Source: Emcibacteraceae bacterium (lineage in GTDB: Bacteria; Pseudomonadota; Alphaproteobacteria; Sphingomonadales; Emcibacteraceae). From it: DNA of 64,000 nucleotides. Position 1 is the first letter of the stretch. Each line of letters opens with the position of its first letter. The DNA is taken from NCBI GenBank assembly GCA_041396985.1, contig JAWKXO010000001.1, positions 59,778-123,777 on the forward strand, given 5' to 3'. The notes beneath the pieces are model-generated. The model was not told the origin of the DNA. It worked only from the letters and a program-made list of their open reading frames with translations, and searched no databases. The position numbers and the translations under genes are program-made. Positions 55,614 to 64,000 of the stretch are shown piece after piece.

Positions 55614-56429
55614 ATGTATAAAACAATTCTCATCCCTGTAAATGGTGTCGAAAGATCAATGCCTTTACAAAAAGCGGCAATGGAGGTCGGAAGCCTGTTT
55701 ACGTCACACGTGACCGGACTTCATATTGTTCCAAGTCTACAGTCACTTCAGAGTATAGCGGATCATCAGTTTGTCTCATTTGAAATTTATCAGCAGCTTA
55801 TGGAAAATGAAACCGAACTGGCTGAAAAAGACAAAGCCGCGTTTAACGCGTTTTTTGGTGGCTCAACTGTAAATTATGAATGGGTGGAAACAGAAGGTCA
55901 TTTTGGGCATATTATGAAACATCATGCCAGAACATCTGATCTTGCCATCGTTCCCCAGGGAGAGGACCAGCTGGGCGATGTCATGGGCGATATTCCGGAT
56001 TTTATTCTTAACAGCGGCATAGCCAGTCTAGCCGTCCCAAGAGAAAGACGGGAAAAATCTTTTGCCCAGAATATATTTATTGCCTGGAATAGCAGCAAAG
56101 AAAGTATTCAAGCCATTCATGCGGCCCTGCCGCTACTTAAACTGGCAAAAAATGTAACTGTCCTATCCGTCTGTGAAGAAAATAAGGATGAGGTCAAAAC
56201 GGCTGATATCTGTAAAAACCTTGCCCGACATGATGTAAATATATCTGGCATGACCATTCCGCTTCATGTAAATCCGGGGGCAAAAATACTGGAAGTCTGT
56301 CTGGAAAAAAGAGCAGATCTTATCGTTTCAGGAGCCTGGGCACATAGCCGGCTGACCGAACTGATCTATGGCGGTGTTACGAAAACTTTGTTCAACAATC
56401 AGCAGATACCTGTACTCTTTGCCCATTAA
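55614..56429 (+). CDS. Tandem-domain universal stress protein (UspA family)
   Basis: 271 aa. MYKTILIPVNG start. The second domain ends ...DLIVSGAWAHSRLTELIYGGVTKTLFNNQQIPVLFAH, a USP ATP-binding-like G-2x-G-9x-G(S/T) region. Confidence 0.85.
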   Translation: MYKTILIPVNGVERSMPLQKAAMEVGSLFTSHVTGLHIVPSLQSLQSIADHQFVSFEIYQQLMENETELAEKDKAAFNAFFGGSTVNYEWVETEGHFGHIMKHHARTSDLAIVPQGEDQLGDVMGDIPDFILNSGIASLAVPRERREKSFAQNIFIAWNSSKESIQAIHAALPLLKLAKNVTVLSVCEENKDEVKTADICKNLARHDVNISGMTIPLHVNPGAKILEVCLEKRADLIVSGAWAHSRLTELIYGGVTKTLFNNQQIPVLFAH

Positions 56430-56437
56430 AGGCATAT

Positions 56438-56806
56438 TCAGGTAATGTCACTCCAGACACCAAGTTCGTTACCACTTGGTTCACGAAACTGAAACCGGCG
56501 GCCACCGGGAAAGTCAAATATTTCCCGAACAATTGTGCCGCCTGCTCTTATGATGCGTCGTTCACTCTCTTCCAGGTTTTCGCTGTAAAAAACCGGTAAT
56601 GCCGCTCCATTAGAAGAGTCGGATACTTTTTCAGCCTGATAAAAACCGCAATCAATGCCACGTCCTTCATAAGCCGTATAGTCTGGTCCGTAATCTGTGA
56701 ATTCCCAGCCGAATACGTCATTAAAAAATTTCTTTGTCGCTTCAAGATTGGTTGCAGCAAATTCGATATAATTAATCTTATGATGCCGCGCACGTTTATC
56801 CAGCAC
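56438..56806 (-). CDS. VOC/glyoxalase-family protein
   Basis: 122 aa. INYIEFAATNLEATKKFFNDVFGWEF...GGTIVREIFDFPGGRRFQFREPSGNELGVWS is a typical beta-alpha-beta-beta-beta module pair. Confidence 0.8.
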   Translation of the reverse strand: MLDKRARHHKINYIEFAATNLEATKKFFNDVFGWEFTDYGPDYTAYEGRGIDCGFYQAEKVSDSSNGAALPVFYSENLEESERRIIRAGGTIVREIFDFPGGRRFQFREPSGNELGVWSDIT

Positions 56807-57067
56807 GTTTTCCCTCCATTTATAGACAACAGGCTCAAAACCATTTTGAGAGAATAAAATATACCGACTTTGACTTTATTTCAGTCAGCGCCCTCGCAGT
56901 AGTATTTCTTCCATTCACCCTGATTCTTTTCCGAACCATAATCAGAATAATAAAATGTTTCCGTTTTTCAAATTATTTTTACTCATAGTTGAAAGATTTT
57001 TATAAAATCAATCCATTCAGAAAATTCTCTTTATATCGCTACCTTAAAACGCACCGTGGCCAGAACC

Positions 57068-60000
57068 TTAATCAGCGCCCATTACAATCAGCAAATCCTT
57101 GGCATCCACCTGGTCGCCAACACCGACGAGCAATTCAGCAATTCTGCCGTCTTTTTCAGCGTGAAGGGTGGTTTCCATTTTCATCGCCTCAATGCTGAGC
57201 AGCAAATCACCCTTGGTCACTTTCTGTCCAGCCTGAACGGCAATATTTGAAACCATCCCCGGAAGCGGTGCACCGATATGGTTGGCATTGCCGCTATCGG
57301 CTTTTTTATTGACCTTGATCGCTACAGTCGCATCGTTCTTTCTGACCCTGATAACCCTCGGCTGACCGTTCAGTTCAAAAAACACTTCGACAGTGCCATC
57401 TTCATGAACACCGCTTATCGCCTGACAATGAATGACAAGGGTTTTCCCGGCTTCAAGGTCAACCATGATTTCCTCAAACGGCTCCATACCATAGAAAAAT
57501 ACTTTGGTCGGAAGATGGCTGATCGGTCCAAACTGATTACGGGTTTCGGCAAAATCCGTATAGACCTTCGGATACATCAGATAAGAGGACAGATCAAAAT
57601 CGTTTATTTCATTGCCGGTCGCTTTTTTTGCCTCGGCCCGCAGTTTTTCCAGATCCGCTGGCGGTAGACTTTTTCCCGGCCGTTCGGTCAGCGGCTTTTC
57701 CCCTTTCAGAATTTTTTTCTGTAAGTCTTTTGGAAATCCACCGACTGTCTGTCCCAGCTCACCCTTAAACAGGCTGACAACGCTGGCCGGAAACGCAATA
57801 TCCTTGTCCGGGTTTTCCACGTCTGCACGGGTCAAGTTTCCTGACACCATCATAATCGCCATATCCCCAACCACTTTTGAAGACGGGGTTACCTTGACAA
57901 TATCCCCAAACATCTGGTTCACTTCGGCATAGGTTCTTGCCACCTCATGCCAGCGTTCTTCAAGCCCCATGCTACGGGCCTGTTCCTTAAGATTGGTAAA
58001 CTGCCCACCCGGCATTTCATGCAGATAAACTTCTGAAGCACCGGCACGAATATCACTTTCAAATGCCATATACTGACGGCGGACCAGTTCCCAATAATCA
58101 CTAATTGTGCGGATTGTCGCACTGTCAAGTCCGGTATCACGGTCACCACTTTTAAGTGCCGCGACTATTGATCCAAGATTTGGCTGTGAAGTAAGTCCAC
58201 TGAAACTGTCCATCGCGGCGTCCGCCGCATCAACACCTGCTACGGCCGCGGCAAGGACACTCGCCGCACTGATCCCGCTGGTATCATGGGTATGGAAATG
58301 AACCGGTATACTGACCTCATTTTTAAGGGCGGTGATCAGCCTTGTCGCTGCCGCCGGCTTTAAGAGACCGGCCATATCCTTAAGTCCAAGAATATGTGCC
58401 CCGGCTTTTTCAAGCTCTTTTGCCATATTGACATAATATTTGAGGCTGTATTTTGCCCGGTCCGGGTCATCAATATCCCCGGTATAGCAGACGGTTCCTT
58501 CACAGATTTTACCGCTTTCAATGACCGCATCCATGGCAATGCGCATATTTTCAACCCAGTTCAGGCTGTCAAATACCCTGAAAATATCAATACCGGATTC
58601 TGCTGTTTTTTTAATAAAATACTGAATGACATTGTCCGGATAATTTGTATAGCCGACACCGTTGGATGCCCTAAGCAGCATCTGTGTCAGAATATTGGGG
58701 GCTGCGGCGCGAATTTCCCTGATCCGCTCCCACGGGCTTTCATTTAAAAACCGCATCGCCACATCAAATGTTGCCCCGCCCCAGCATTCAAGACTGAGAA
58801 GCCCTGACATTTTCTGGGCATAGGCCGGGGCAATTTTTACCATATCATAGGTACGCATCCGTGTTGCCAGCAGTGACTGATGGGCATCCCGCATCGTGGT
58901 GTCGGTCATAAGCAGCCGTTTTTGATCGAGCATCCATTTGGCAAACCCTTCCGCACCCAGTTTTTCAAAAATATCCCGGCTTCCTTCCGGAATATCCGCA
59001 CTGACCGGTGGCGGCGCTTTAGGGGTCGGGCTTTCAATCGGAAGCCGTCTTCCCTTCACTTCCTTATTCCCGTTTACCGTGACTTCGGCAATGAAATTCA
59101 GAAGCTTTGTTGCCCGGTCCTTACGCGGTTTGAAATTAAACAGCTCAGGCGTCTGATCAATAAATCTTGTGGTATAGGTCCCGTCCCTGAATGTGGGGTG
59201 ATTGATCAGATTTTCCAGGAAGTTCAGATTGGTGGCAAGACCCCGAATTCGGAATTCACGAAGCGCCCGTCCCATTCTTTTTACTGCCTGCTCCGGGTCC
59301 GGCGCCCAGGCCGTAATTTTTTCAAGCATACTGTCATAATAGCGGGTGATCACTGCCCCGGAGTAAGCCGTTCCCCCGTCAAGTCGAATGCCAAAACCGG
59401 TCGCCCCGCGATAGGCGGTAATCCGGCCATAATCAGGCACAAAATTATCTTCCGGATTTTCCGTGGTTATCCGGCACTGAAGGGCAAAGCCGTTAAGCTT
59501 GATATTTTTCTGTTTTGGAATACCGGATCTTTTACTGCCAATTTCTTCACCATCGGCGATTAAAATCTGCGCCTTGACAAGATCAACACCGGTTACCACT
59601 TCTGTTACAGTATGTTCGACCTGAATTCTCGGGTTTACTTCGATAAAATAAAACTTGCCCGTGTCGGCATCCATCAGAAACTCAACGGTTCCTGCATTGG
59701 AATAACTGACTGATTTAGCAAGCTTTATGGCAAGGCCACATAAATATTCCCTTTGCTCCGTGGTCATGAAAGCGGCCGGCGCCCGCTCAATCACTTTCTG
59801 ATTGCGGCGCTGAACCGAACAGTCCCGCTCGAAAAGATGAACAAGGTTTCCGTGTGTATCCCCCAGTATCTGAACCTCGATATGGCGGGCCCGTTCAATC
59901 ATTTTTTCAAGATAGACTTCATCCTTGCCAAAGGCATTGGCCGCTTCACGCTGGCCTTCATTGACCTGGTTTTCAAGTTCTTTTTCACTGCGGATAATAC

Positions 60001-60514
60001 GCATACCGCGGCCACCGCCACCCCAACTGGCCTTAAGCATGATCGGGTAGCCAATTTCATCAGCAAGTTTATGAACTTTTTTCATATCTTTTGGGAGTGG
60101 CTCTGATGCAGGAATAACCGGAACACCAGCGCTGATTGCCATGTTACGCGCGGCAACTTTATTGCCAAGATCACGCATGGCCTGTGCTTCAGGGCCAACA
60201 AAAATTAACCCGGCATTACGGCAGGCATCAGCAAATTCAGGATCCTCAGATAAAAAGCCATATCCCGGATGTATGGCATCAGCACCAACCGATTTGGCAA
60301 TTCGCAATATTTCGTCTCCGGCAAGATAGGCCTTTACCGGCCCGAGCCCTTCCCCGACCAGATAGCTTTCATCAGCTTTAAAACGGTGAAGCGCCAGCCG
60401 GTCTTCATGTGAATATATTGCAACAGTTCTTATTCCAAGTTCCGTCGCTGCCCGCATTATCCGGATAGCAATTTCGCCCCGGTTTGCGATCAGTATTTTC
60501 TTAATTTTATTCAT
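57068..60514 (-). CDS. pyc: Pyruvate carboxylase (single-chain)
   Basis: 1148 aa. Biotin carboxylase N-terminus KILIANRGEIAIRIMRA, a central carboxyltransferase TIM domain (MDTTMRDAHQSL), and a C-terminal biotinyl domain with LSIEAMKMET. Confidence 0.95.
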   Translation of the reverse strand: MNKIKKILIANRGEIAIRIMRAATELGIRTVAIYSHEDRLALHRFKADESYLVGEGLGPVKAYLAGDEILRIAKSVGADAIHPGYGFLSEDPEFADACRNAGLIFVGPEAQAMRDLGNKVAARNMAISAGVPVIPASEPLPKDMKKVHKLADEIGYPIMLKASWGGGGRGMRIIRSEKELENQVNEGQREAANAFGKDEVYLEKMIERARHIEVQILGDTHGNLVHLFERDCSVQRRNQKVIERAPAAFMTTEQREYLCGLAIKLAKSVSYSNAGTVEFLMDADTGKFYFIEVNPRIQVEHTVTEVVTGVDLVKAQILIADGEEIGSKRSGIPKQKNIKLNGFALQCRITTENPEDNFVPDYGRITAYRGATGFGIRLDGGTAYSGAVITRYYDSMLEKITAWAPDPEQAVKRMGRALREFRIRGLATNLNFLENLINHPTFRDGTYTTRFIDQTPELFNFKPRKDRATKLLNFIAEVTVNGNKEVKGRRLPIESPTPKAPPPVSADIPEGSRDIFEKLGAEGFAKWMLDQKRLLMTDTTMRDAHQSLLATRMRTYDMVKIAPAYAQKMSGLLSLECWGGATFDVAMRFLNESPWERIREIRAAAPNILTQMLLRASNGVGYTNYPDNVIQYFIKKTAESGIDIFRVFDSLNWVENMRIAMDAVIESGKICEGTVCYTGDIDDPDRAKYSLKYYVNMAKELEKAGAHILGLKDMAGLLKPAAATRLITALKNEVSIPVHFHTHDTSGISAASVLAAAVAGVDAADAAMDSFSGLTSQPNLGSIVAALKSGDRDTGLDSATIRTISDYWELVRRQYMAFESDIRAGASEVYLHEMPGGQFTNLKEQARSMGLEERWHEVARTYAEVNQMFGDIVKVTPSSKVVGDMAIMMVSGNLTRADVENPDKDIAFPASVVSLFKGELGQTVGGFPKDLQKKILKGEKPLTERPGKSLPPADLEKLRAEAKKATGNEINDFDLSSYLMYPKVYTDFAETRNQFGPISHLPTKVFFYGMEPFEEIMVDLEAGKTLVIHCQAISGVHEDGTVEVFFELNGQPRVIRVRKNDATVAIKVNKKADSGNANHIGAPLPGMVSNIAVQAGQKVTKGDLLLSIEAMKMETTLHAEKDGRIAELLVGVGDQVDAKDLLIVMGAD

Positions 60515-60628
60515 AATGCCTGTATTGTTTATTTATTACCCGGCGCTAGCATAACTTTTTTATTCTTTCTGTAAACTAAAATATAAAAACCTTAAGGCAG
60601 TCGGCCGTTTTTTCAAAATTTCCATTCC

Positions 60629-60642
60629 TTGATGCAAATCAA
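60629..60642. promoter_or_regulatory. Perfect FNR/FixK-type box TTGAT-GCAA-ATCAA in the divergent pyc / USP intergenic region
   Basis: Read directly. It lies about 80-95 nt upstream of the USP ATG (60723) and about 115-130 nt upstream of the pyc ATG (60514). TATACT/TATACG -10-like hexamers follow at 60658-60668. Confidence 0.65.
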
Positions 60643-60722
60643 TTTATGAAAAATATCTATACTATACGATCTGACGATAAAAAAACACGGTCTGACATCT
60701 AAAAGATATAGGAGAGCTGAAA

Positions 60723-61538
60723 ATGTTTAAAACCATTTTGATACCCATTGGCAGTGACGAAGAAGCGGAAACAAGGATAAAGGCGGGCGTTATTCTGGGA
60801 AAGAAATTTTCTTCACATCTAAAAGGCTTCCATGCCGTCCCCACTCTTAAATCTTTGGAACAGCTCACACCCTATGCCTATTATTCATACGATCTTTACA
60901 CGCAAATATGGGAAACCCAGAAACAAAAGGCGGAAGAGCAGAAAAAACATTTTCTCGATTATATGAAGAAAAATTATGATGATTATGAATGGCGGGAAGC
61001 ACAAGGCGATTTTATGCGGTCCTTTAAACTCGTCTCCAGATCATGTGACCTGACCATTATAAGCCAGGGAGAAGACACCTATTCCGATGTTATGGGATCA
61101 ATGGCCCGGTTTATGATGGAAAGCTCCCTTCCCGTTCTTGCTGTTCCCTCGGGCGGACTTGATAAAAAAGTGGGCACCAATATCATGATAGCCTGGGATG
61201 CCAGCGCAGAAGCCGCCCGCGCCGTACATGATGCCATGCCATTTCTTTTGAAATCAGAAGAGGTTACAGTTGTTACAATTAATGAAGATCGCAAACATAA
61301 TAGCCAACTGGACGATATCTGCTCTATGCTGGAACGGTCAGGCGTAAAGGCAAAAGGCGTGGAAGAAGGTGAATATCCGGACCGTTCTGAAAGACTGCTT
61401 CAACTGGCCAATGAATGGGATATTGATCTGATTGTTGCCGGAGCGTGGGGACATAAACGCCTGCTTGAAATAATTTTTGGGGGTGTTACCAAAGCACTCT
61501 TTACCAATCAGGAAATAGCCGTTTTCTTTTCCCATTAG
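60723..61538 (+). CDS. Tandem-domain universal stress protein (UspA family), paralog of 55614..56429
   Basis: Also exactly 271 aa. MFKTILIPIGS start and ...DLIVAGAWGHKRLLEIIFGGVTKALFTNQEIAVFFSH end. Colinear with the other USP. Confidence 0.85.
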   Translation: MFKTILIPIGSDEEAETRIKAGVILGKKFSSHLKGFHAVPTLKSLEQLTPYAYYSYDLYTQIWETQKQKAEEQKKHFLDYMKKNYDDYEWREAQGDFMRSFKLVSRSCDLTIISQGEDTYSDVMGSMARFMMESSLPVLAVPSGGLDKKVGTNIMIAWDASAEAARAVHDAMPFLLKSEEVTVVTINEDRKHNSQLDDICSMLERSGVKAKGVEEGEYPDRSERLLQLANEWDIDLIVAGAWGHKRLLEIIFGGVTKALFTNQEIAVFFSH

Positions 61539-61543
61539 GGATC

Positions 61544-61574
61544 AATAACTAGATATAATTTTAGTTATTTTTTG
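61544..61574 (+). terminator. Putative rho-independent terminator after the second USP gene
   Basis: AATAACTA-N10-TAGTTATT stem followed by TTTT. The stem is AT-rich, so it is weak. Confidence 0.4.
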
Positions 61575-61622
61575 GCTAATTATTAAGAACATATTAACAG
61601 TCTTCTGTTAGCTTTTCCTAAA

Positions 61623-62273
61623 TTGAGTATTTATGGAAAATTTTACAAAATGGCTGCTAATCTGACAAAGTGGTTTACCAAATTTGCAAGAAATGAAAAA
61701 GGGGCAACTGTCGTTGAATATGCCCTTATACTTCCTGTTTTTCTTGTTCTTACGTTAGGGTCAATGGAAATAGGGCGCATTCTGATGGTTTATTCGGCTC
61801 TTGAGGGGGCCGTAACAGAATCCACACGGATTTCCATTACCGGTAATATTCCGGATGGCTACGCAACGACAGAAGACTATATCAAGGATTATGTCAAAGA
61901 TTCCCTTGAAAATTTCGGCATAGATGCCGGTGTCAATATAAGCATGAAAGTCTATGACAGTTTTTCCGACATTGGATCTGCTGAACCCTTCACTGATGAA
62001 AATGCTGACCTCATTTGCAATAACGGTGAATTTTATACCGATGTCAATGGAAACAACACCTGGGACGAGGATATGGGGGCAAATGGTGCCGGCGGCGAAG
62101 AAAATATTATGGTCATGGAAATTGACGTCGCCCTTCCCTATATGATGCACGGCATTATTGATGCTTTCAGTCATGAAGAAAATATCAATCTGTCTACGTC
62201 AACCGCTGTCCGAAATGAACCATATGGTGGCATCGCCTGGGAACCAAGCGATACCGTAAGATCATGCAACTAG
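61623..62273 (+). CDS. TadE-like pilus assembly / pseudopilin protein
   Basis: The probable start is the ATG at 61650. NEKGATVVEYALILPVFLVLTLGSMEIG is the TadE N-terminal signature. An acidic insert reads DENADLICNNGEFYTDVNGNNTWDEDMGANGAGGEEN. Confidence 0.75.
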   Translation: MSIYGKFYKMAANLTKWFTKFARNEKGATVVEYALILPVFLVLTLGSMEIGRILMVYSALEGAVTESTRISITGNIPDGYATTEDYIKDYVKDSLENFGIDAGVNISMKVYDSFSDIGSAEPFTDENADLICNNGEFYTDVNGNNTWDEDMGANGAGGEENIMVMEIDVALPYMMHGIIDAFSHEENINLSTSTAVRNEPYGGIAWEPSDTVRSCN

Positions 62274-62283
62274 GGACAGTCAC

Positions 62284-62937
62284 ATGATATCAAAATCAAA
62301 ATTTTTAAAAAAAATCGGTTTCCGCCAAAATAAAGGCCTTCAGGACAATGTCAAACTGTCTCGGGACCAGAAAGGTGTTGCCCTGATTGAATTTGCGGTT
62401 GTGACACCGTTCCTTACTGCCCTGCTGATGGGCTGTATTGATCTGACCTATTATCTTGTGGCTCACCAGCGTATTTCAAGATCAGCCTACACCATGTCCA
62501 ACCTGATGACACAAATGGATAAGGGACTGACTGAATCCCAGGTAAGCGATATGATGCTCGCCCTTGATCAGGTGAGCAAGCCATTTAATATTTCGGATAA
62601 CGGCAGAGCAACCATTACCGCCATTATCGGCGAAGGTGTTGATGGCGCTGCTGCCACCAGCTATTCCGTCGCCTGGCAGCGCTGCTATGGTCCGAATTCG
62701 TCAACGCCATCATTTGGTGCTGCCGGCAGTACCGTTGATAGTGCCGATATACCGACCAATTCGATTGTAACAACATCGCAAATTCTTGTGGTGACGGAGG
62801 TTGACTATACGTTTGAGCCAATCCTCGGCATCCTACCCCTGGAAGGTCATATTAAATATGATGCCTATTTCCGTCCACGCCGGGGAACAATTGAAAATAT
62901 TGTTGCTGACGGGTCTGCCCCGAACAGCTGTTCCTAA
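62284..62937 (+). CDS. Second TadE-like pilus assembly protein
   Basis: DQKGVALIEFAVVTPFLTALLMGCIDLTYYL is a TadE-type N-terminus. 217 aa. Confidence 0.7.
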   Translation: MISKSKFLKKIGFRQNKGLQDNVKLSRDQKGVALIEFAVVTPFLTALLMGCIDLTYYLVAHQRISRSAYTMSNLMTQMDKGLTESQVSDMMLALDQVSKPFNISDNGRATITAIIGEGVDGAAATSYSVAWQRCYGPNSSTPSFGAAGSTVDSADIPTNSIVTTSQILVVTEVDYTFEPILGILPLEGHIKYDAYFRPRRGTIENIVADGSAPNSCS

Positions 62938-62972
62938 ATTACCTTATCTCTGTAATTAAAAGCTAAAAGAAA

Positions 62973-63006
62973 AGCCGGCAATGGAAGTGGAGTTTCATTG
63001 CCGGCT
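62973..63006. terminator. Bidirectional terminator hairpin between convergent Tad genes
   Basis: The 11-bp perfect stem AGCCGGCAATG-N12-CATTGCCGGCT is flanked by AAAAGAAA on the plus strand, which is a T-rich tail on the minus strand. Confidence 0.6.
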
Positions 63007-63066
63007 CAAGTTACCATTTTATTTTATCAGGAAAATAAAATGAGGGTTGTTAGATATTCCCCGGAT

Positions 63067-64000
63067 TTACTTACTCAATCTTAAATCAGCAAGATCGTTT
63101 GCAATTGCCTCAAAGGCACCGTCAAGCTCCGCTGCATCCGGCGCATGAAAATATTTACCGCTGTCTGTGGCGCACCCTTCATAAAGGTTTTTAAGAGTTG
63201 TGTTGGTTGCACCGCTGCCAAAGGTAATTGTATAAACAGTAATCCCCATCCCTTTCATGGCCGAACAGACATAGGCTAACCTTTTATTAATGGCGCTACT
63301 TGAGGAAGACTGAGTTGTCGCACCATCAAGGCGGCCCTCATCCCGAACACCATAGCCCGAATAATCCCCACTATACCTACGATCATACCCGAATGTTTCA
63401 TCGCCACCATCATATTGAGCATTTACACATTGCGGACATTTGCCATCACCGTCATCATCCCAGGCATCATCATTATCACTATTACGGTCTTGCTTATCAT
63501 AATAGGGATTGGTTGAACTTCTATCTATTACCCAATTCTCACCGTCGGTCATAAGAACCACAGCTTTAACCATTTTGTCATCATCATAGGCGATATCGTT
63601 AAAAAACGGTGATCCGGTATGGAGCATTCGCCAGCCCCAGATCATCCCGATATTGGCAATAGTACCGCCACGGTTATAGGAATAATAAAGACTGTCGATA
63701 TAGGTATTCAGATCCGCTTTGGTGGATGTAAAATCCAGCACCGGCGCCGGGCAGTTAATATTGGGCCCGCCATCCGCATTGACATTTTCCCCACTGCCGC
63801 CTTCGTGCTGATAATCCGGTGCGGGCCAGACTTCACCATTTGGACCGTTCAAGTCCGATAAGCTATAAACATTGTCATAATGCGGCCGCCACAGGAATGG
63901 AACCCAGTCCACCCCTTCATGTTCCACTTTGACGTCATAGGCATCAGCAGCGCTTAAATCGCTGTTGGTATGACGCGCTTCAACGCAGCCGTTCCATTTG
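63067..64000 (-). CDS. TadG-like von Willebrand factor A domain protein; the N-terminus lies beyond the window end
   Basis: The reading frame stays open upstream of the ORF-track start (63927) to position 64000 (...KWNGCVEARHTNSDLSAADAYDVKVEHEG...). The WNGCVEAR block, VVLMTDGEN and ITVYTITFG are typical of TadG-type vWA proteins. Confidence 0.75.
   Translation of the reverse strand, partial: KWNGCVEARHTNSDLSAADAYDVKVEHEGVDWVPFLWRPHYDNVYSLSDLNGPNGEVWPAPDYQHEGGSGENVNADGGPNINCPAPVLDFTSTKADLNTYIDSLYYSYNRGGTIANIGMIWGWRMLHTGSPFFNDIAYDDDKMVKAVVLMTDGENWVIDRSSTNPYYDKQDRNSDNDDAWDDDGDGKCPQCVNAQYDGGDETFGYDRRYSGDYSGYGVRDEGRLDGATTQSSSSSAINKRLAYVCSAMKGMGITVYTITFGSGATNTTLKNLYEGCATDSGKYFHAPDAAELDGAFEAIANDLADLRLSK

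Noticed and set aside
58880-59563. A 227-aa plus-strand ORF, plus several 60-130-aa ORFs on both strands, within 57056-60381.
   Set aside because: They lie antisense or out of frame inside pyruvate carboxylase, whose 1148-aa frame has unmistakable domain motifs. The alternative translations are Arg/Pro/Gly-rich, as is typical of antisense frames.
1-64000. CRISPR arrays, rRNA genes, IS elements, integrases and prophage or defence-system genes.
   Set aside because: I noticed no spaced direct-repeat array, no rRNA-like sequence, and no transposase, integrase, restriction, Cas or toxin-antitoxin-like translation anywhere in the six-frame track or in the intergenic regions I read.

Overview
This is a dense chromosomal segment with about 63 protein genes and one tRNA-Cys. 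I saw no rRNA, CRISPR array, transposase or integrase. The gene content suggests an aquatic alphaproteobacterium: single-chain pyruvate carboxylase, Tad pilus genes, a DUF4169-like protein, FixK/FNR-type boxes and clustered GANTC sites. That assignment is an inference.

Positions 1-20.7 kb form one exosortase/PEP-CTERM-type exopolysaccharide (EPS) locus.
- An exosortase gene runs off the left edge and is therefore missing from the supplied ORF track.
- A GT26 glycosyltransferase is fused to a STAS domain.
- Also present are three more glycosyltransferases and a hexapeptide acetyltransferase.
- Two tandem paralogous ~400-aa proteins carry a PP-loop-like CGGKDS motif.
- The locus also holds galU, pgi, a Wzx-like flippase and an O-antigen-ligase/Wzy-like protein.
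- The export module has a BY-kinase-like ATPase, a chain-length determinant, an outer-membrane barrel and a Wza-like exporter.
- One secreted protein ends in a VPLP-type PEP-CTERM-like sorting signal. It has its own near-consensus sigma-54 promoter and its own terminator.
- A priming sugar transferase completes the locus.

The remainder is mostly housekeeping:
- glpD-glpQ-glpT;
- a lipobox-bearing subtilisin autotransporter;
- queC-queE, nhaC, peptidases and hydrolases, yrbG-folB;
- uvrC-pgsA-moaD-moaE;
- a type II sulfide:quinone oxidoreductase, an M1 peptidase and phnA;
- a block of hypothetical genes next to tRNA-Cys;
- a PAS histidine kinase;
- pyruvate carboxylase bracketed by two paralogous tandem-USP genes, each preceded by a perfect TTGAT-N4-ATCAA box;
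- a TadE/TadE/TadG-like minor-pilin cluster that runs off the right edge.

The best candidates for something new are three:
- the sigma-54-driven exosortase-cargo module;
- the PP-loop paralog pair inside the EPS locus;
- the GT26-STAS fusion.

A DnaA-box palindrome with clustered GANTC sites upstream of uvrC is also worth checking as an origin or as cell-cycle control. All functional calls come from reading motifs in the translations. No database search was run.
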